A stretch of 64,000 bases of DNA. It comes from Rhina ancylostomus. Lineage: Eukaryota. The position numbers and the translations under genes were made by a program. The stretch spans positions 74,833,600 to 74,897,599 of the forward strand of contig JARFYF010000112.1 in NCBI GenBank assembly GCA_030265395.1, in the 5' to 3' direction. The stretch's first letter is position 1. Each line of letters starts with the position of its first letter. Below the pieces are notes generated by a model, which saw only the letters and a program-made list of their open reading frames with translations, made no database searches and had not been told where the DNA came from. Below are positions 42,793 through 55,094 of the stretch, piece after piece.

Positions 42793-43239
42793 GGAAGTGG
42801 GTGCCGATGGACGTGGAAGGGTGAACTCCACGACAATGCTGACTCACAGTTCCGAAGACCTGGGTTCGGGAAGAACTACATTACTTCTTCCTATGAAGGG
42901 AGTGGTCTCCTCTACTGCTGTGTCGTTTTCTTCTTCAGTTTATGTTGATATAAGTGGAAACATTAGTTTACAAAAAACCGATGTCATTTGGCGGATACCC
43001 GCCAATAGGGAAATATCAGAAGCATTAATGTAAAAAGCACAAGATTGAGTCAGGTGCGACTTCACCCAGCAAAGATCTTCAGCGCGATCTTCCCCGGTTT
43101 AAGTTGAACTTTGCAAAGCACAGCGCTCAGAACTAAATGGATGGTATGCCACTTAATTTGCAGACTTTTATAATCTCAGAAAGGGTGAGCAGCGAGTTAG
43201 CTCTGTCACGATAGCTTCCATCACTATTCCTCACTGTGA

Positions 43240-43800
43240 TTACCCGCCGGTTCTCCTGGAAACAGCGTAGGGCGGGCTGCTGCGCTCAGCTTAGCACTGC
43301 CCTCCACCTCCATCCCTCCACTCAGCGCACAGAGGCGAATCCGCTTTACCGCAGCCGCTGCGATTTGTTATGCAGTTGCGACCTGCCGTAACACATTACA
43401 TTTCCCGTTGGGCCTCGTGGAGTCGGCCGGCAGTCCCATCGGCTGCAGAATGTTCAAGAAGTGAGTGTCCCCCATTTCACCCTCTCCTTCGATTTGTGAG
43501 CTCGGGGGGGGGGGGGGTGTCGTCCGGTTTATCACGTCCGAGTTCCGAATGCTTGGGTTTGCGAACCTTTTCCGTGCTTGAATAGGATTTGACAACACGG
43601 TAAAATGTGACAGCATTCGCGGGAAACGTGTCCGTTTCCTAAATGCAGAGAATTTGAATTGAAGTTTAGTATTTTCGGGCATCCTCCGCTCTCTGCTCGC
43701 AGGTTGTTACTGCGATATTCTGTCCCCTCCACCTCCTTTTCTGGCGCGTTGCTTGCAGACGGATCTTCGTCTCCAATTCAAGAACGCCGAATTAATGACA
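43240..43800 (+). promoter_or_regulatory. CpG-rich MCTS1 promoter / exon 1 region
   Basis: CpG-dense island spanning the ATG at 43450; ZNF143/SBS-like ATTACATTTCCCG (43395-43407); E2F-like GCGGGAAA near 43619-43626. Confidence 0.7.
43450..43460 (+). CDS. MCTS1: MCTS1 coding exon 1
   Basis: ATGTTCAAGAA|GTGAGT = MFK(K), phase 2, inside a CpG island; joins exon 2 to give MFKKFDEKENV. Confidence 0.92.
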
Positions 43801-44369
43801 AGGGCTGTTGTCATCTCCGTGTCGTATACTGAATAGCTAACTATCATCGGAAGTATTAGATTCATCTCTGTCAGTTTTCCACAGTCCTTTGGGAAAACAC
43901 GCTGTTGAGGTGACCGAGTGTGTTTATTTGAGGGTGCACCTGAGTCATGGAGATTTTGAACAGTTCCATCCCCGATTGGTGGCGAGTGGTTAACCCCATT
44001 GGCACAGAGGGATATTATAATCTCTTGTTCGTGGGGAGCACAGTGCAGTAGAATTGGCAAGAGTTCTTGCTGCTTAGTTTTGTCTTGTGACCCAGCTGAG
44101 CTGATGTATGTGGACAATGGATGAATACAGTATTGGGGTTGAGTTTGATGTCCTCAAAAATCCTCAATGTCTGGCTGATGCAACCGATTAAGTGAAGCAT
44201 TGGTGGTTATGGAACATGAGGAAAAACTTTGCATCCTGGAAGGAGGACGAATTTTAAAATGTGGAAGCTGTCTCCAAACAAGTGCATTTGCTTGGAGAAA
44301 TGGATTATATCCATTATTTTTTATAAACATCAGAAGTGAGAATGATTCATTTGTTTTCTACCTTGACAG

Positions 44370-44522
44370 ATTTGATGAAAAGGAAAATGTTTCAAACTGC
44401 ATCCAGCTGAAAACATCTGTTATTAAAGGCATTAAAAATCAATTGGTGGATCAGTTCCCAACGATTGAGCCATGGTTGAACCAAATCATGCCAAAGAAAG
44501 ACCCTGTAAAAATAGTAAAATG
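44370..44522 (+). CDS. MCTS1: MCTS1 coding exon 2
   Basis: [50 protein letters not shown](C); tgacAG / TG|GTACAG; 153 nt. Confidence 0.96.
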
Positions 44523-44769
44523 GTACAGTTTATCTTTTTTTGGGTTCGAAATGTAAAGCAAAATTGTTTTGTTTTAATTATCATTCTCTCTGTATGCCTT
44601 TTCTGCCTGAGTTGTTTGTGTACTTTATACAACAGTCATTTAAGTGTATTGTTTTTTTTATCTGCTTACAACATAGAAGATTATTTGATTCATTGAGTGT
44701 GCTGCCTCTTGGAGCAATCCTATTCTCCACCTTTTTCCCCGTAACCTATTCTTCCTCATGTGTCCCTTC

Positions 44770-44965
44770 ACTGCCCCCTGATTCTTGCAACATCCACTTC
44801 CACTAGGGGTGATTTATAAATAGCCAATTAACCTATCAACCACATGTGGGAGGAAACCTGAGTCCCAGGCGATCACAGAGAGAACTGATAGCACCAGAGA
44901 TCAGGATCAAACCTGGATCGCTGAAGCTTCAAGGCAGCAACGCTAACTGCTGTGACATTGTACTC
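44770..44965 (-). mobile_element. Degenerate V-SINE in MCTS1 intron 2
   Basis: TAGCCAATTAACCTA..ATGTGGGAGGAAACCTGAG..CACAGAGAGAAC..CAGGATCAAACCTGGATCGCTG. Confidence 0.6.
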
Positions 44966-46430
44966 ACCCCTTTTCATTGGAAATATGGAAAAATTTTGCA
45001 AAACCTACTGATGGCATCTGTTCTTGACGCTCCTTTAATAGTGCATTATTTGTATGCCTCTGTCTCCACTTGCAACTTGAATTCAGTTTTTAATGGAAGG
45101 ATGTCCAAGAAGCTAAATTTGCTGATTTTTATATTGGAGGTGAAAAATTTTAAGTTCAGGTAAGTGGGTAAGATGTCATCTAGCATAACATTGTGCTGTG
45201 TGAAGAAGCTCCCATAATTTGATTCTGGAGTTGAGTTGCTCTTGGTCAAGGCAGGCGTTTTGATGCTACAATCTGTTTCTGGACAGGAGAAAGGGAAAAT
45301 CAGTTGATTGGAAAATGTTCATATGTAGAATTAGGGTGGAACAGAATTCCCAAGCCCTCTCTGTCCAAACATGTTGTTCATGCTCGGTAGGAATATGTGA
45401 TGCTAGTGGAAAATGTTATATTCCCAATGTGCTTTCACCTGATGAGCAAAATATTTGTGAAATGTTAACTTCAAATAAAGCTTTGTAAATGTCACTGGTC
45501 TAATGCCTGAAAGCTGTCGATAATCATGCAGCTATCCCAGTGAGAGGTGGTACTGTAAGGAGAAGGGAAAAGTCCATTTTCTATTTATCATACTAACTTT
45601 TTAAAAGTTAAAGACTATGTTGAACATTTTTTTTCCCCCACTGAGGTGGAAGTAAAGTGTTAGAACTAGTTTCTCTTTGCAAAAGGAATGATCATCTGTA
45701 TTCTTGCAGTCCTGTTGCAGGGTTATGACCTGAAATATCAACGATTCCTTTACCCCCACAGGTGCTGCTTGACCCATTGTGTTCCTCCAGCAGGAGGTTT
45801 GTTGCTCATTGTGTATTGACAATGCTGAACTAAATTTTGCAAGTAGGGACCTGTGGAAGTTTTTTGGTAGTGTCATGTGGATTTAATTTGTAGCACCCTG
45901 TTCTGTAGGTCTATCTATGGCTTGAGAATTTCTGTCATTATCTTGGCTATTATTTTGTAATACAGTGATTTTTGGAACATTATATTTGGAAGATGTGAGA
46001 TTTTGCAATAGCCTCATCTGCAGTTAGTTAATGACGATATCCATCAATGATCCGAAGGCTGTTCTTGTGCTCCGATCAACATTCTTCCTTCTCACCAGTA
46101 AATAAAAAGTTTAACTAGCTGTTTGTCTCATTGTATTTGGCGTGTTGGTTGATGTACATCATTTTGATGTAATTACTTTTTATGAAGTAATTATGTATTT
46201 TCTTTAAAGTATTTTGATGCAATGAGGGACCATGCAAATGCAGTAAAACAGGAATAAAATAATTATTTTATATCCTAAGCACCATAATTAAGTACATAAA
46301 ACATTTTTGGCTACTATTTTCCGAAGGGAAAAAAGGGCTAAGGTTACATTGCACTCTGCAGGGCAATGTGAATGACCTAGGGATTTTAAAAAAATCTTGT
46401 GTTTCATTTTCCCTCTTTCTCTGATTGAAG

Positions 46431-46528
46431 CCATGAACATATAGAGATCTTGACGGTTAATGGAGAATTGCTGTTCTTTAGACAGAGGGAGGGACCCTTC
46501 TACCCCACCTTGCGATTACTTCACAAAT
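46431..46528 (+). CDS. MCTS1: MCTS1 coding exon 3
   Basis: [32 protein letters not shown]; ttgaAG / AAAT|GTAAGT; 98 nt. Confidence 0.96.
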
Positions 46529-48533
46529 GTAAGTTGATTGTCGTTAAGTGTTTTTTGGACAGATAAGATCAAAAATATTTGCTGTGTATCTTTTTCTGTC
46601 TCTTTTTCTGAGTTATTTTTAAATGCTATATCTCAAGAGATAATATGGAAAATGGATGTATTGTTATTTATAGTTTTATTCTTAAACCAATCCAGAGGTA
46701 AGAAGCTCTGATGTAGTGGATTGGTGAACCATTTTTCAGTTTTAAGACCCATGTTGTTTCTGATGGAGTCAGGCCATCAATATGACTTCTGTGTGTATCC
46801 CTTTTTTTTTGAAGTACACAGATTACTAGATAGTAAGGCATGAAAGCAATTTATTTAGTACACTCTGGGATTCCTAATGTTGCAAAAATTGCATTTTAAA
46901 TAGCATTTGTTCTATCATTTATTAAAAGGAAATTGCTTGCCCATGTTCTTAAGACATAACGTTAAGGAATTTTAAAACAAATTTGCTCCTTTAAAGGTTT
47001 AAGCCAGCTTTCTGTCCTGGCTATCAACACTGGCTGTTTCTATGTGCAGTCTTCTGGAGATACCATCTCACTGCACATAGAGTCTCCAGACAAATGCTTG
47101 TTCCCTTACAGCAGCAGTGCATGACTCTTTGCAGTGAGAGCCAGATTTATGTGGATCCAAGGGCCGCTCATGAAAAACGTGTTTTATGTTAATTGTTCAA
47201 CCAGATACCAATGATTTTAGTCATGTTCGAAGAACCCAGTTCTGTAGTTCTTGCTGCTCCACTCACTGCTTTGTTCACCGTCCCTTGCTGCCTCGCTTGC
47301 TACATCTCTGGTGCACCTTCCTATCTTATTAGTACTCTGCCTCATTGTTGATAGATAGATTTTCAATAAGTAATGGAGTAATAAACATGTGGGTGGGCAG
47401 GAGCTGAGGTTGCAATCAGATTACCCATCTGAATGGTAGAGCAGGTTAGTGGGGCTGAGTGGTTTATGACTGCTTGTTTATATGTTATGTATATATGTTT
47501 ATGGAGACAAACCAGTGCCTAGCAGTAAAGTATATGTGGGTTGAGCCAGAAATGGTCTCCTTTCAGGTCAAGATGATTTATGGGGAGAGTCTAACCCAAC
47601 AAAATTGATTTCTTTATTTGAAAATGGGGATCATTTGTTCTGATGNNNNNNTCAGTTAATTTTTGTTCTTTGGAAAATTTCTCACATGATGTCAACAACT
47701 TCTGCACCCTTTTGCATTATTTTAAGAGGCAGAAAAGATTGAGTTTTGCATCTCATCTTATGGGTACAGCAAGTTGCAATTCAATACAACTCTTTGAACC
47801 ACAGCAGAGGATCAATCTAGTCAAAGTAATCGGGGTCTGTTTTGAGGTTTGCACATGTAACCTTCTGACCAAAATTAGAGTTCTGCTAACTGAAGCAAGT
47901 TGCTCCAAGTGAAATAAGCTTTGGTTAACTCTCATTATGACTCCTTCAAAAGCCTAATGCATAAACATAGTAACTTATGCAGCATGGAGTCTATTGTTCT
48001 CACAAGATTTTGGCAAGGTGGCAGTACTGGCTTTTCTCATTCCACCATCTATAATTGTGCAAGTTGAAGTGTCAAACAAATGGGAGGGAATGTTTGAAAT
48101 CATGGAGGGGAGAAAAGGAAGTGGTTCAACAACCAACTTTACTACGTTAAACATTAACATAATTTCTGTGACTGGATGCTATCCAGCAAGCACTGATAAA
48201 CTATACACCTCTAAATACTAAATAGGGACACAATAATTCTGAACTATGTTGCCATCCTTGCTCCTGTATGACCTTGTGGAACATGGTGAATGTATGAGTC
48301 AAAATTTTTAGGAGAGGATGGGACAGAATTGGAAAATAGTAATTTTAAATTGGTTAGGGAAAATTTAATTTTTGTTGCTTTCTTTCTGAATGAAATTACT
48401 GAAGGACGTTAGCCTGGATCATTCTTTATGTTATACACAAATGAGACTTGAAGCATGTATTTTGTGATAAACAGTAATGAGGCTATTGTGAGACTGTTTG
48501 AATTTATTGATGATCTTCATTTCTTCATTATAG

Positions 48534-48667
48534 ATCCTGTTATCTTGCCACATCAACAGGTTGACAAAGGAGCAATCAAGTTTGTGCTCAGTGGAGCCAA
48601 TATCATGTGTCCTGGTTTAACATCCCCTGGAGCTAAGCTGTACCCAGCTGACACTGACACGATAGTT
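48534..48667 (+). CDS. MCTS1: MCTS1 coding exon 4 (PUA domain)
   Basis: [45 protein letters not shown]; ttatAG / GTT|GTATCCTT; 134 nt. Confidence 0.96.
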
Positions 48668-50989
48668 GTATCCTTGTGGTGACTCTCTAATATACCAGAA
48701 ACCAAATACAGATTCTATTTCATAAAATAAAAGAACTATTAGTGAAGTTGTAATGTAAGGGAAAATGAGTTGCTAACTGAATTATCTGAATTAGCCAGAT
48801 AATTTTCATAGCAATTTCAATATATTCTGTTTTAAGCACTTAAAAGAAATGTGACTTTTAGGGAAGTCCTTGATATAGCATAAGGTGTAAGCTTCATGGA
48901 ATTGGTAAACAATTGCACTAGATTACTTTGTACGTTGTATTTTTTTAAAATTATGAATCAACCCCTACTGTAGTCCTTCTGAGGTCATTGACTTCTATCG
49001 GTATAAAGATCTAGGGCACTGGTAGCTCTCCTTACTTTACCTTAGTGATATCTCTTAGAAATCAAAATTCTTTGGCTGGTTTGACTGAATAGATGTTTGC
49101 TACAATTCAGGAACTAAGGAACAGAATCTCTGAAAAAGATTCTAGCCATTAGGACAGAGGTGAGCAGCAATTCCTTTATTCAAATGGTTGTGAATTTGTG
49201 GAATTCTGAACAACTGAGAACCACGGATTCTCAGTTGAGTATATTGTGAGACAGTTGGCAAAAATGGTATCTAGTTGATATTGTAGGGAAATGTGATGTT
49301 GTAACTAAGCGGCATAATCCACAGATGATTGAGATTGAGTTTAAGGAGAGTTTCTTCTGAAGAGTTTTGAATTTTTAGAATTCTTTATCTCAGAAAACTT
49401 TGGAACTGAGTCACGAAATAAATTGAAAGCTGAGATGCATGTTTGGAAATCGGGAAATCAAAGGTTATGGGACTAGGCTAGGAAATTGTAGCTGTCAAAG
49501 ATCAGCAGCCAAGGGCTGTATGGCCTACTGCTATTTTTATCTGATTTATGTGTCATCCTTGTTGGTGCATGTTGATCAGCTGTTCAACTTGAGTGACAGA
49601 ACTGCTAGATTCTGCCCTCACTTGATATTAATTCAAGTATTTTGCAGTGGTTCACTTTCAGTCCAGTTGAAGGGTCTCGACCTGAAACGTTGACTGTCCG
49701 TTTCCCTCTATAGATGCTGAGTCCCTCTGTCAGGCGGAGGAGAGGCACAGGCTACAGAACGATATTGAGGAGTTGGTAAGATGGGGAGAGCAGTGGCAAA
49801 TGAAATTTAATCCTGATGTGAGAGGTGATGCATTGGGAGAACTAATGAAGGTAGAAGATACACAATAATGGGCCCTGGTGAATATTGAGGAACAGTGGGA
49901 CCTTGGTGCACAAGTCCAAGGATCCTTGAAGGTGGTGACACTGGTCGATAAAATGGTGAAAAAAACATGCAGGATACTTGCCATTTTTGGCCAGGGCATA
50001 GAATATAAGAGGAGAGAGGTTATGGTACAATTTATATAAAACATTGGTTAGACCACAGCGGTCCTACTGTGTACAGTTCTGGTGACCATATGATAGAAAG
50101 GATTGGATTGCACTAGCAAGGGTGCAAATAACATTAACCAGCATATTTCCTAGTTTGGAATGCCTCAATTATGAGGAGGGACTGGATAGAGAGGGTTTGT
50201 TTTTCTTGGATTGGAGGAAGTTGAGGGTGAGATTGACATGCACAAAATTACAAAGGGCATAGATAGTTGGAAACTTTTCCCAATGGCAGAGGTATCTAAA
50301 TTCAGAAGTCATAGGATTTGGGTAAGGGATAAGAAGTTTAGAGAGGATTTGAGGCAGAATTTTTTTCAGCTGCAGGATGGTTAGAATCTGAAATGCACTG
50401 CCTGAGTGGGTAGTGGAGACAGGTGCTTCCACAGCATTTAATAAGTCCTGAGTCCTGATGCAAGGTCTCGACCCAAAACATTGACCATCCTGTTGCCTCC
50501 AAAGATGCTGCTTGGCCCACTGAGTTTTTCCAGCAGTTAGTTTTTCACTCCAGATTCCGGCATCTGCAATCTCTCATGTCTATGTTTATGAAGTATCAAG
50601 ATGAGCACTTGAATCGCCAAAGCATAGAATGTTACAAACTGGTATCGGAAATGAAATTAGTACAGATAAGTACNNNNNNNNNNNNNNNNNNNNNNNNNNN
50701 NNNNNNNNNNNNNNNNNNNNNNNNNNNNNNNNNNNNNNNNNNNNNNNNNNNNNNNNNNNNNNNNNNNNNNNNNNNNNNNNNNNNNNNNNNNNNNNNNNNN
50801 NNNNNNNNNNNNNNNNNNNNNNNNNNNNNNNNNNNNNNNNNNNNNNNNNNNNNNNNNNNNNNNNNNNNNNNNNNNNTTTTTCTGTTTCTAAAAATTATAT
50901 GTTCAGATCTTGTCTGTGATTACTTGTAGATAAACAACTTTGCTTTACTCTCTTACACCTGAACATTTTCTTAACTCAAAATTCTTAAG
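48668..50989 (+). other. MCTS1: U12-type GT-AG intron of MCTS1
   Basis: 5' end GTATCCTT; branch point TTTCTTAAC (50967-50975) about 13 nt before AG; no real polypyrimidine tract between them. Confidence 0.88.
49725..50640 (+). mobile_element. CR1 LINE ORF2 3' fragment with nested Penelope-like repeat (50451-50575)
   Basis: [43 protein letters not shown]; WNALPE-like 3' end. Confidence 0.8.
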
Positions 50990-51057
50990 GCTATTATGGC
51001 AGAAGGCAAGCAACATGCCCTTTCTGTGGGAGTCATGAAGATGCCAGCAGATAAAAT
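50990..51057 (+). CDS. MCTS1: MCTS1 coding exon 5
   Basis: AIMAEGKQHALSVGVMKMPADKI; cttaAG / AT|GTAAGT; 68 nt. Confidence 0.95.
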
Positions 51058-51849
51058 GTAAGTATATTTCGCTTTGGTGGTGGTTACGGTAAACTAGGTA
51101 ATCCTTGGGTTATGCAACAACCTTTCATTCCTCTGATCCCCCTAGAGTTGATGAGAGGAAAGCAAAATTAGCTTTTGTATTTCTTCATATATTGTGGTCT
51201 GGGCCTCGCTGGAAGGTTCAGCATTTATTGAACATCCTTAATTTCCCTTGAGAAGTTGGTAGTGATTCCTTCTTGAAATGTTGTAATCCTTCAAATGAAG
51301 GTTCTCATGGAGTGCTGTTGATAGGGAATTCTAAGATTTAGACCCAGCAAAGATAAAGGATCAGTGTTATTGTTCCAACTCATCAGTCCAGTTGCCTACA
51401 ATTGCACTCACATTGACAATAGCACCTTGAGGCTTTAGGATGTCAACCTGGTGCACGGTGTACCCTCCAGTAACATGAATTGAGATGTACATTTGGGCCC
51501 CCCCCCCCCCGAAAAACACCGGGTTCCTTTGCTCTGCAACTATACCCATGTCTTCTGCTAAATGCAGTTGTTCTGAAGCTGAAAATACAACATATTATCA
51601 CAGAATCAAGGTCATTAATCTCTCAGTCCGCCTATGATCATATGTGAAGGAAAGCACATACAGACAAGCCTTCAGTAAAGACTCTTATGACCAGTGCCAC
51701 ATATTTGACCTAAATGCTGGAGAAACACTGGTCTTATGGCATCCAGCAATGCAAGTATAACTTTCTTAAATATTACCGCAAGCAGTAAATAGGCTAACTG
51801 CAAGCAGAGGTGAAGTGATACTCATATTTGAAACTAGGTTCAGATATGG

Positions 51850-52700
51850 GTGCCTGTGGGAGTTGTGAGATGCAGAGAAGCTCTGAGGACATACAGGCAG
51901 GCTTTGTGAATGGGTGAGGGTATGGCAGTTGGATGTAATGTGGAAAAATATGAGATCATCAACTTTGGGGGGGAAATGGAAAAGCAGATTATTTTAAAAT
52001 AGTGACAAATTAGGAAGGGATGTCCTTATTAGCAAATCACTAAGAATTAACACACAAGTATTGTGAACAATTAGGAAGGCAAATGGTATGTTGGCCTTCA
52101 TTGCAAGAGGATTTCAGTACAAAATTCCAATCAAGATATCTTGATGGAATTGTATAGTTCCCTGGTGAAACTGCACCTGAGGGAATATTGGGTATGAATC
52201 TTGTTTGCCTACCAAAGGAATATGTTACTTGTGATAGAGGAGTGTTGTAAAGGTTCACCAGACTGATTCCTCGGACAGTGAAGTTTGTTCTTTAAAGGGA
52301 GATTAAGCAAATTCTGCCTCTATTCTTCCGAATTGAGAAGAATGAAAGATTATTTTATTGAAACATGCACAGTTCTTGTTGGGTAGATGCAGGGGATGAT
52401 TTTTTTTTCTGACAGGGAGTGTCTCGAACTAGGTGGTAGTCACTGAATAAGAAGTAGGCCACTCAGAACAGAGATGAGAAGAAACTTCTTCACATTGAAG
52501 GTTGTGAATCCTTGGAATTCTGTATGAGAGGGTTGTGTAAGTTCATCTGTCAATAAGTAATATTCAAGTCTGAAGTTGATTGATTTTTGGATATTAAGGT
52601 AATCGGGAGACACAAAGTTTGTTCAGGAAAGTAGCACTGGAAAATGATTAGCCACAATCTAATAGAATGAGCAAGAGCAAGGGGCCAAATGCCCTGCTCA
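51850..52700 (+). mobile_element. Degenerate CR1 LINE 3' fragment
   Basis: GAAGGCAAATGGTATGTTGGCCTTCATTGCAAGAGGA, AGGTTCACCAGACTGATTCC, GAGATGAGAAGAAACTTCTTC. Confidence 0.75.
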
Positions 52701-53149
52701 TGTTTTTATTTATTTTGTAATGATGAGCCACTGTGTCAGATTTTTTTCCTCTTTTTTTATAAAAAAGAGACCTGCCTTTTTAAGCTTTAGAAAAATCAGT
52801 GCTGTAAAAAAAATTGTCAATATTTTGCACTATCTAGGCAAAGAGAATGGCCATTGGTTGAGAGCATTCAGTCAGCTGATGTAACATCAGGCTTGGGTTT
52901 GATTTGGAATGTACAATAACAATTAAGAGCTGAAAAAATATAGGCAAGAGCAGCTCTTCGGTCCCTCAAGCCTTCTCCAACTCTTTCCAGCACAATCCCC
53001 ATATACCTCAATGTCCTTGATGTCCAGAAATCTCTCAATGTTTGGAATGAACACAACAACTGAGCCTCCATTACCCAAAGGGGTAGACAATTACAAAGAT
53101 TTACCATCCTATCTCAGTCTACTTCCTCAGGATGCTAAAGAAATTCGGT

Positions 53150-53412
53150 TTGTCCCCTTTGACACTCACCAAATTTTATCAATGCACCATAGAAAGCATC
53201 CGATCTGCATGCATCACAGCTTGGTACAGCAACTGCTCTGCCTAGGACCACAAGAGACTGCAAAGAGTTGTGGACACAGCCCAGCACATCACGGACACCA
53301 GCCTTCCCTCCTTGGACTCTGTCCCCTCCTCTTGTTGCCTTGGCGAAGCAGCCAGCATAATCAAAGACCCCACCCACCTGGGTCATTCTCTCTTCTCTCC
53401 TCTTCCATCAGG
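53150..53412 (+). mobile_element. Rex1/Babar-type retrotransposon 3' fragment (runs into gap)
   Basis: DTAQHITDTSLPSLDSV..AASIIKDPTHLGHSLFSPLPS. Confidence 0.7.
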
Positions 53413-54608
53413 NNNNNNNNNNNNNNNNNNNNNNNNNNNNNNNNNNNNNNNNNNNNNNNNNNNNNNNNNNNNNNNNNNNNNNNNNNNNNNNNNNNNNNNN
53501 NNNNNNNNNNNNNNNNNNNNNNNNNNNNNNNNNNNNNNNNNNNNNNNNNNNNNNNNNNNNNNNNNNNNNNNNNNNNNNNNNNNNNNNNNNNNNNNNNNNN
53601 NNNNNNNNNNNNNNNNNNNNNNNNNNNNNNNNNNNNNNNNNNNNNNNNNNNNNNNNNNNNNNNNNNNNNNNNNNNNNNNNNNNNNNNNNNNNNNNNNNNN
53701 NNNNNNNNNNNNNNNNNNNNNNNNNNNNNNNNNNNNNNNNNNNNNNNNNNNNNNNNNNNNNNNNNNNNNNNNNNNNNNNNNNNNNNNNNNNNNNNNNNNN
53801 NNNNNNNNNNNNNNNNNNNNNNNNNNNNNNNNNNNNNNNNNNNNNNNNNNNNNNNNNNNNNNNNNNNNNNNNNNNNNNNNNNNNNNNNNNNNNNNNNNNN
53901 NNNNNNNNNNNNNNNNNNNNNNNNNNNNNNNNNNNNNNNNNNNNNNNNNNNNNNNNNNNNNNNNNNNNNNNNNNNNNNNNNNNNNNNNNNNNNNNNNNNN
54001 NNNNNNNNNNNNNNNNNNNNNNNNNNNNNNNNNNNNNNNNNNNNNNNNNNNNNNNNNNNNNNNNNNNNNNNNNNNNNNNNNNNNNNNNNNNNNNNNNNNN
54101 NNNNNNNNNNNNNNNNNNNNNNNNNNNNNNNNNNNNNNNNNNNNNNNNNNNNNNNNNNNNNNNNNNNNNNNNNNNNNNNNNNNNNNNNNNNNNNNNNNNN
54201 NNNNNNNNNNNNNNNNNNNNNNNNNNNNNNNNNNNNNNNNNNNNNNNNNNNNNNNNNNNNNNNNNNNNNNNNNNNNNNNNNNNNNNNNNNNNNNNTTATG
54301 TAAGAAATTGTTCATGCACTTGTGTTTTCCTGATACACTTTGATATCAGAGAGTTACTTCGGAAAACATTTCACTTTAACTTCCTAATTGACTTGGGTAG
54401 GTCGTAAACATATCTTTGAACTGTTTTTTGATCTTAATCATGGTATTGTAATTTTTAATTCTACTAGTTTGTTGAGGCTGTATGAGGTAGATGTGATACT
54501 TTTTATTTAAAATAGATTGAATAAGTAACTTCAGTTCATGTACAAATAGTCAAATCCTTTTTGCTCTTTATATTTATTTTTTTATATTTTTACTTTTTTT
54601 CTATACAG

Positions 54609-54690
54609 TGAACAAGTGAACAAAGGTATTGGAATTGAAAATATGCATTACTTAAATGATGGTCTCTGGCACATGAAGACGTATAAATAA
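54609..54690 (+). CDS. MCTS1: MCTS1 coding exon 6 with stop codon
   Basis: [26 protein letters not shown]; atacAG acceptor; total CDS 546 nt = 181 aa + TAA. Confidence 0.97.
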
Positions 54691-55088
54691 CAACGGAATT
54701 CAAGATTAATCTCTGAAGGAGAAATGGACTGACAACTGCAAGACATTAAGATATTTTGAATATTGAATTTTAAAAATTGTATTTTTGTTTGTTTTCCATA
54801 AACCTGACATTACAGGAAAAAGGAAACAATTTTTGTGTACATCTGTTGGCATTTTCTCCTTGTACGAGTCTGTCCAAAGTACAAAAGGAGTTGTAACCAT
54901 TTCAAGGGATGGTGAAAAGCGATTTCCAACATGTAAAATTTGACAACAACTTGACTTCCTTTGTGAAATCAAATCAATGCAGATTCCTTTAGCATGTACA
55001 GTGGGTTTGTACAAATATGAATACACAGTTGGAATTTCTGAATGTTTACTAAATTAATACCAAGATGATATGATGAACATTTTTTTAA

Positions 55089-55094
55089 AATAAA
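55089..55094 (+). terminator. Candidate MCTS1 polyadenylation signal
   Basis: AATAAA about 400 nt after the stop, followed by U/GU-rich sequence. Confidence 0.5.

Noticed and set aside
43975-44015. tRNA A-box-like GGTGGCGAGTGGTTAA
   Set aside because: No B-box or cloverleaf follows; at most a SINE relic.
44200-44369. Open frame in MCTS1 intron 1 continuous with exon 2
   Set aside because: A canonical exon 1 and acceptor explain the gene, and the extension resembles nothing I recognise.
53011-54343. Long ORFs of 310-430 aa
   Set aside because: Artefacts of translating through a long N gap.
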